Shown: positions 60,434 to 64,000 of the stretch, piece after piece | Layout of the letters: each line of letters opens with the position of its first letter | Position numbering within the stretch: the first letter of the stretch is position 1 | From: Deltaproteobacteria bacterium | GTDB lineage: Bacteria; CG2-30-53-67 | Reading direction: 5' to 3' | Length of the DNA: 64,000 nt | Assembly: GCA_013151235.1 (NCBI GenBank) | Contig: JAADIO010000048.1 | Span: 23,559 to 87,558 of the forward strand | Program-made: the position numbers and the translations under genes | Notes under the pieces: model-generated | What the model saw: only the letters and a program-made list of their open reading frames with translations | What the model was told of the DNA's origin: nothing | Databases searched by the model: none

Positions 60434-63400
60434 ATGAAAAAGATTGAGATCTTAATTGCTGTGATATCAGCGCTATTTGTTTTTGCCGGCAGTGCCACAG
60501 CGGATCAGCGGACCTTTCCAGCCGGTTCCCTGATTATTCCGATGAACAGCAGCTACCAGGGAGCGACGGACCACGGAATCTTCGAAGCTTACGGTCTGAT
60601 GTATGCTCTCCTGGACCACAAGGATACCGCCGGAGATCCCGACCCGATTCCGGTTTTCTGGTGCATAAATCCGGATAAGACTTCTATTACGGACACGGAT
60701 TTTTCTATTAGTACCGATACGGGGGTTGATCCGGCATCGGAATATGACCACGCCGGAAGTACGAATCCAATCAACACGGGGATTTACACCAACACCGACG
60801 GAGCGCTCCAGATCGACTATTTCGGCGGGCCCTTTGTGATCGATGCTGCCTATGCCGATGCGGCCAAGACTATAATCGATAATTGGAAAAACGTGAATAT
60901 CCATGTCGCGAATGCTCCCTTCACAGCCGATATCGGACGGGTCTTAGACGGCGTTCCGCCAAAGATTGCTCTCTTGAACGACACAGAGTCCCATACCAAC
61001 GGCAATGCTGTGACTATTCTTGCCGGTTATCTTGAAATTGCCGGAATCGGTAGCGGTGTGTATGACGTGGTAACGCCAGATGAAGTTGGTGGCATCGCTA
61101 CGACTGTGGATGGTGTTTCCGTGCCGGCGGGTAACGGGATTCTGGAAGAAAAGGATGCTGACGGGAAATATGTCTACGATCTCCTGTGGGCGCCCCACTG
61201 GACGGCCTACAAAGATTACGGTGCAAATGCAAAAAAAATCATCAGCAAGATTGGCGACTTTCTCGATCGGGGTGGCGCACTTTTTGCCGAATGTGCCTCC
61301 ATTATGAATTTCGAATACCACCCGAACGATGCAGGAAGCTACAATGTCGGTCCCTGGCTGACCACGAACGATATCTCTCACAACGGCGGTACAAACAACG
61401 CCGCCGACATCATTGTTGCCGACCCGACGATCCCCTTCACCCAGACGGGGGATTTTGCTTTCGGACCCGAAGGGGGGCACCTTCACAATTGGGAGCCGTA
61501 CAATACGTCCAATAGCGGTTATTTTGACGCCTCGGACTTCTCCTACGGTGTGCCTGTTGCGCCGCCGGATAGTGATTACAACGCAACAGTGCAGCGTTTA
61601 ATTTATGATACGACCGGTTGGGACTACTATGTTGCCGGCTACAAGGATGGTGATGACAGCAAGGGGTTCATCAGTTACCTGGGAGGGCATACATACGTTG
61701 ATTGCACAGGAGGTGGCCCTGGAGGTCCTAAAGGCGGTCCCGGCGGAGGTGCGGTTCAAAATGCTCATGAGTTTAAATTCGAATTCAAGGACAAGGTGGA
61801 TGATCCCCATGCATCCTTTACGATCCATGTCGACTATAACGACGGAGGAACTTCTGAATCGACGGAGATCACATTTTCGAAGGGAGATGATTTTGCAACC
61901 GGTGATCCCCTGGAAATCGATTTGTCGAGCATGAAAATCAAGGACAAAACGATTGAAAAAGTTTTTTTCAACAACAAAGGAACGAACACCATTACACTCA
62001 CTCATTTTAAGATTACCTTCACAAAGGGAGGCAAATTAAAGAAAGTCGAGGACAAAGTAGGGAAAGATACAACAAACCTCCTGGATTCGCATGACGGGAT
62101 TCCGTCTGTAACATCTTTTGACACCAACGACGTTCTTGCTGCATCCAGTGGGGCCGGCACAGGCGGAGGTACACCGCTCAGTTCCTGTACTTATAAGAAT
62201 GTTGCCGGGATTCGCTACGTTCTGAATACCGTATTGGACCTTCAGGCCTACGTGAATTACAAGGAATTTATGAAGTCCTCTCCGGTTATGGATCTTGCCG
62301 ACTTGGATGGTAACGGTGAATATAATGATTTGATAGCCTATTATGGGTCTTTTGATTATCCTGGTTATACCGGCCACCTGAGAGCATTGAAGGTTAAAGA
62401 CGATGGCAGTTTTACCGAGCTATGGGATGCTGCAAACAAGATTCCGTCTAACCGGACTCTTTATACGGCGATTGACGACAGCGATGGGGACAGCCGGGTC
62501 GACGATCGGATTAACCTGGAGGCATCGGCCACCTTTCTTGCCCTAAACGATTCTGCGACCGGACAGACCATCAACGAGATTTTGAACGTGACACCTTCTG
62601 ACGGCACCGATACGGATGAAATCTCCTTGCTCAATAATGTGATCTCCAAAGATTTGGGCGGAATTATCCATTCCTCACCGGCTGTCGTCGGTCCGAGTCC
62701 CTTTGTGGACCCTGATCGTCCTATCGTAATCTATGCTGGGTCCGCCGACGGGATGCTCCATGCCTTTACGGGCTCAACCGGTGCGGAGCGGTGGGCTTTC
62801 CTTCCGCATAATTTATTGGGCAAGCTCTATGGCGCTTCGCTTCTCCAGGATACGGATATGCCGACGGCCGTGGTTGATGCCTCGCCGACGGTAGCTGATA
62901 TGATGGTGGACCGTATCGGGAGTACATTTGACGGAAACAAGCAGCGCCGAACAATTCTCCTTTCTGCGGAAGGGAGCGGAAATCACTATGTTTTTGCCAT
63001 GGATATCAGCGATCCTGATGATCCACAGCCCTGGTGGGAGGCCACCGCCACGAACATGGGGTATGCCTACCGGACCTCCATGGGGCATATCAAGGTCTGT
63101 GATGTAAATGACAATTGCGAAGTCAAGGCGGCAGCCTTTGTTTCCACCAATTATCAGGCGGGAACGGGAATCCAGGTCTACGCCTTTGATCTGGAGACAG
63201 GGGATGAATTCTGGTCTTTCGGGCAGAGCTATGGATCGACAAGCAACGAGATCCCTGATGCCCCGGTCCTCGTTGACAAAGACGGGGACGGGGTCATCGA
63301 TTCTGTTCTGGCCGCGGACATGGAAGGTCGGCTTTGGCAGTTGGATGCTGCTACGGGCAAGTCACTCTATGGAACAACGGAATCACCGCAGCCGGTCTAT

Positions 63401-63997
63401 CAGGTAAATGTCGGTGGGACCACGACCGGTTATCCCATTGGTTCCTCTCCGGCGGTTTATGTCTGTGACGGTGGTCATGTCCTCGTATTCTTCGGAACCG
63501 GTGGTGCTGATTTTGCTTCTGACAGCAATTCCGGGCATATCATCGGGATCGATATCACCAATGGTGCCGTTACGTCCGGTGGTACCGGTGAATTGTTCAA
63601 CTATACCCTGGATGTTGGTGAAAAGCTTTATGCCTCTCCGATCGTGACTAAAAACGCTGTCATTTTCGGTACGGCTTTTGGTGACCGGGAGACGACGGAC
63701 CCAAACTCAGATATTTCGGATAGTCAGTCCGGGAAAATCCACATTGTGAAGCCTGTAAGCGGAGACATCTGTTACGCCAGTGGATGTGGAGGTAACGGTC
63801 AATCAGACTATAATGACTCCAGTCATGAGGTTGTTTCCGATGTGAGCGCCAAGGTGACTGGAAGCTATGCGGAAGGAAACCAAGTGATCCTCGGGACTAT
63901 GGATGGCAAAATCATCCGGTTTGGCAAGGATAAAGAGGATGGGAACAATCTGGCTCCGAGCGAGCGGGTGAATATCGAATTTTGGCGTGATTTCTGA
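60434..63997 (+). CDS. pilY1: PilY1-like pilus tip adhesin with large divergent N-terminal region
   Basis: Signal peptide. C-terminal propeller blocks (IHSSPAVVG, GSADGMLHAF..GAERWAFLP, YVFAMDISDP). Calcium-loop-like DKDGDGVID. ATG after AAGGAGG. Confidence 0.8.
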   Translation: MKKIEILIAVISALFVFAGSATADQRTFPAGSLIIPMNSSYQGATDHGIFEAYGLMYALLDHKDTAGDPDPIPVFWCINPDKTSITDTDFSISTDTGVDPASEYDHAGSTNPINTGIYTNTDGALQIDYFGGPFVIDAAYADAAKTIIDNWKNVNIHVANAPFTADIGRVLDGVPPKIALLNDTESHTNGNAVTILAGYLEIAGIGSGVYDVVTPDEVGGIATTVDGVSVPAGNGILEEKDADGKYVYDLLWAPHWTAYKDYGANAKKIISKIGDFLDRGGALFAECASIMNFEYHPNDAGSYNVGPWLTTNDISHNGGTNNAADIIVADPTIPFTQTGDFAFGPEGGHLHNWEPYNTSNSGYFDASDFSYGVPVAPPDSDYNATVQRLIYDTTGWDYYVAGYKDGDDSKGFISYLGGHTYVDCTGGGPGGPKGGPGGGAVQNAHEFKFEFKDKVDDPHASFTIHVDYNDGGTSESTEITFSKGDDFATGDPLEIDLSSMKIKDKTIEKVFFNNKGTNTITLTHFKITFTKGGKLKKVEDKVGKDTTNLLDSHDGIPSVTSFDTNDVLAASSGAGTGGGTPLSSCTYKNVAGIRYVLNTVLDLQAYVNYKEFMKSSPVMDLADLDGNGEYNDLIAYYGSFDYPGYTGHLRALKVKDDGSFTELWDAANKIPSNRTLYTAIDDSDGDSRVDDRINLEASATFLALNDSATGQTINEILNVTPSDGTDTDEISLLNNVISKDLGGIIHSSPAVVGPSPFVDPDRPIVIYAGSADGMLHAFTGSTGAERWAFLPHNLLGKLYGASLLQDTDMPTAVVDASPTVADMMVDRIGSTFDGNKQRRTILLSAEGSGNHYVFAMDISDPDDPQPWWEATATNMGYAYRTSMGHIKVCDVNDNCEVKAAAFVSTNYQAGTGIQVYAFDLETGDEFWSFGQSYGSTSNEIPDAPVLVDKDGDGVIDSVLAADMEGRLWQLDAATGKSLYGTTESPQPVYQVNVGGTTTGYPIGSSPAVYVCDGGHVLVFFGTGGADFASDSNSGHIIGIDITNGAVTSGGTGELFNYTLDVGEKLYASPIVTKNAVIFGTAFGDRETTDPNSDISDSQSGKIHIVKPVSGDICYASGCGGNGQSDYNDSSHEVVSDVSAKVTGSYAEGNQVILGTMDGKIIRFGKDKEDGNNLAPSERVNIEFWRDF

Positions 63998-64000
63998 TCC

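Overview
This is a 64-kb bacterial chromosomal window. By hand count on sample rows it is about 55-60% GC, dropping to about 40-45% in one inserted segment. The taxon cannot be fixed from the sequence alone; the gene content suggests an anaerobic, Desulfobacterota-like lineage (low confidence). Most of the window is housekeeping. Left to right it holds: a REC/HD-GYP response regulator behind a sigma-54 promoter; an FmdB zinc-ribbon protein; a histidine-kinase-like gene translationally coupled to PBP1A; uvrB and uvrC coupled to a membrane GAF/degenerate-cyclase protein plus a PilZ protein; and a complete 14-gene nuoA-N operon interrupted between nuoK and nuoL by a palindromic repeat and a terminator-like hairpin. 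Next come an AbrB/DUF4388 protein, pyrF, tRNA-Ala(CGC), and an ExeA-like ATPase/HD-GYP/ABC-2 exporter operon. A 12-gene minus-strand sulfur operon follows (Rrf2, ThrC-like, CysO-like, 2x NIL, MoeB-like, JAMM, DsrE/F/H-like, TusA-like, CysM/K-like). After it come a nitroreductase, dGTPase-like HD protein, lipoprotein, alpha-glucan phosphorylase and a short MetE-like protein. The rest holds a csp gene with a structured leader, a metal ABC importer, a GldA/F/G-type ABC cluster with DUF4340, and a sigma-54-driven minor-pilin/PilY1 operon. The most unusual regions are two. The first is a 2.7-kb low-GC insertion (45090-47785) bounded by a 47-nt imperfect direct repeat that duplicates the 3' end of the MetE-like gene. 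It carries two REP/RAYT modules and an orphan 319-aa protein with a PD-(D/E)xK nuclease motif, plus a downstream partner ORF truncated by the REP/RAYT element. The second is the sulfur-carrier operon, which links a TusA/DsrEFH-type persulfide relay and two free-standing NIL-domain proteins to a CysO/MoeB/JAMM thiocarboxylate system with two different PLP enzymes. All domain calls come from reading motifs by eye; no database search was run.
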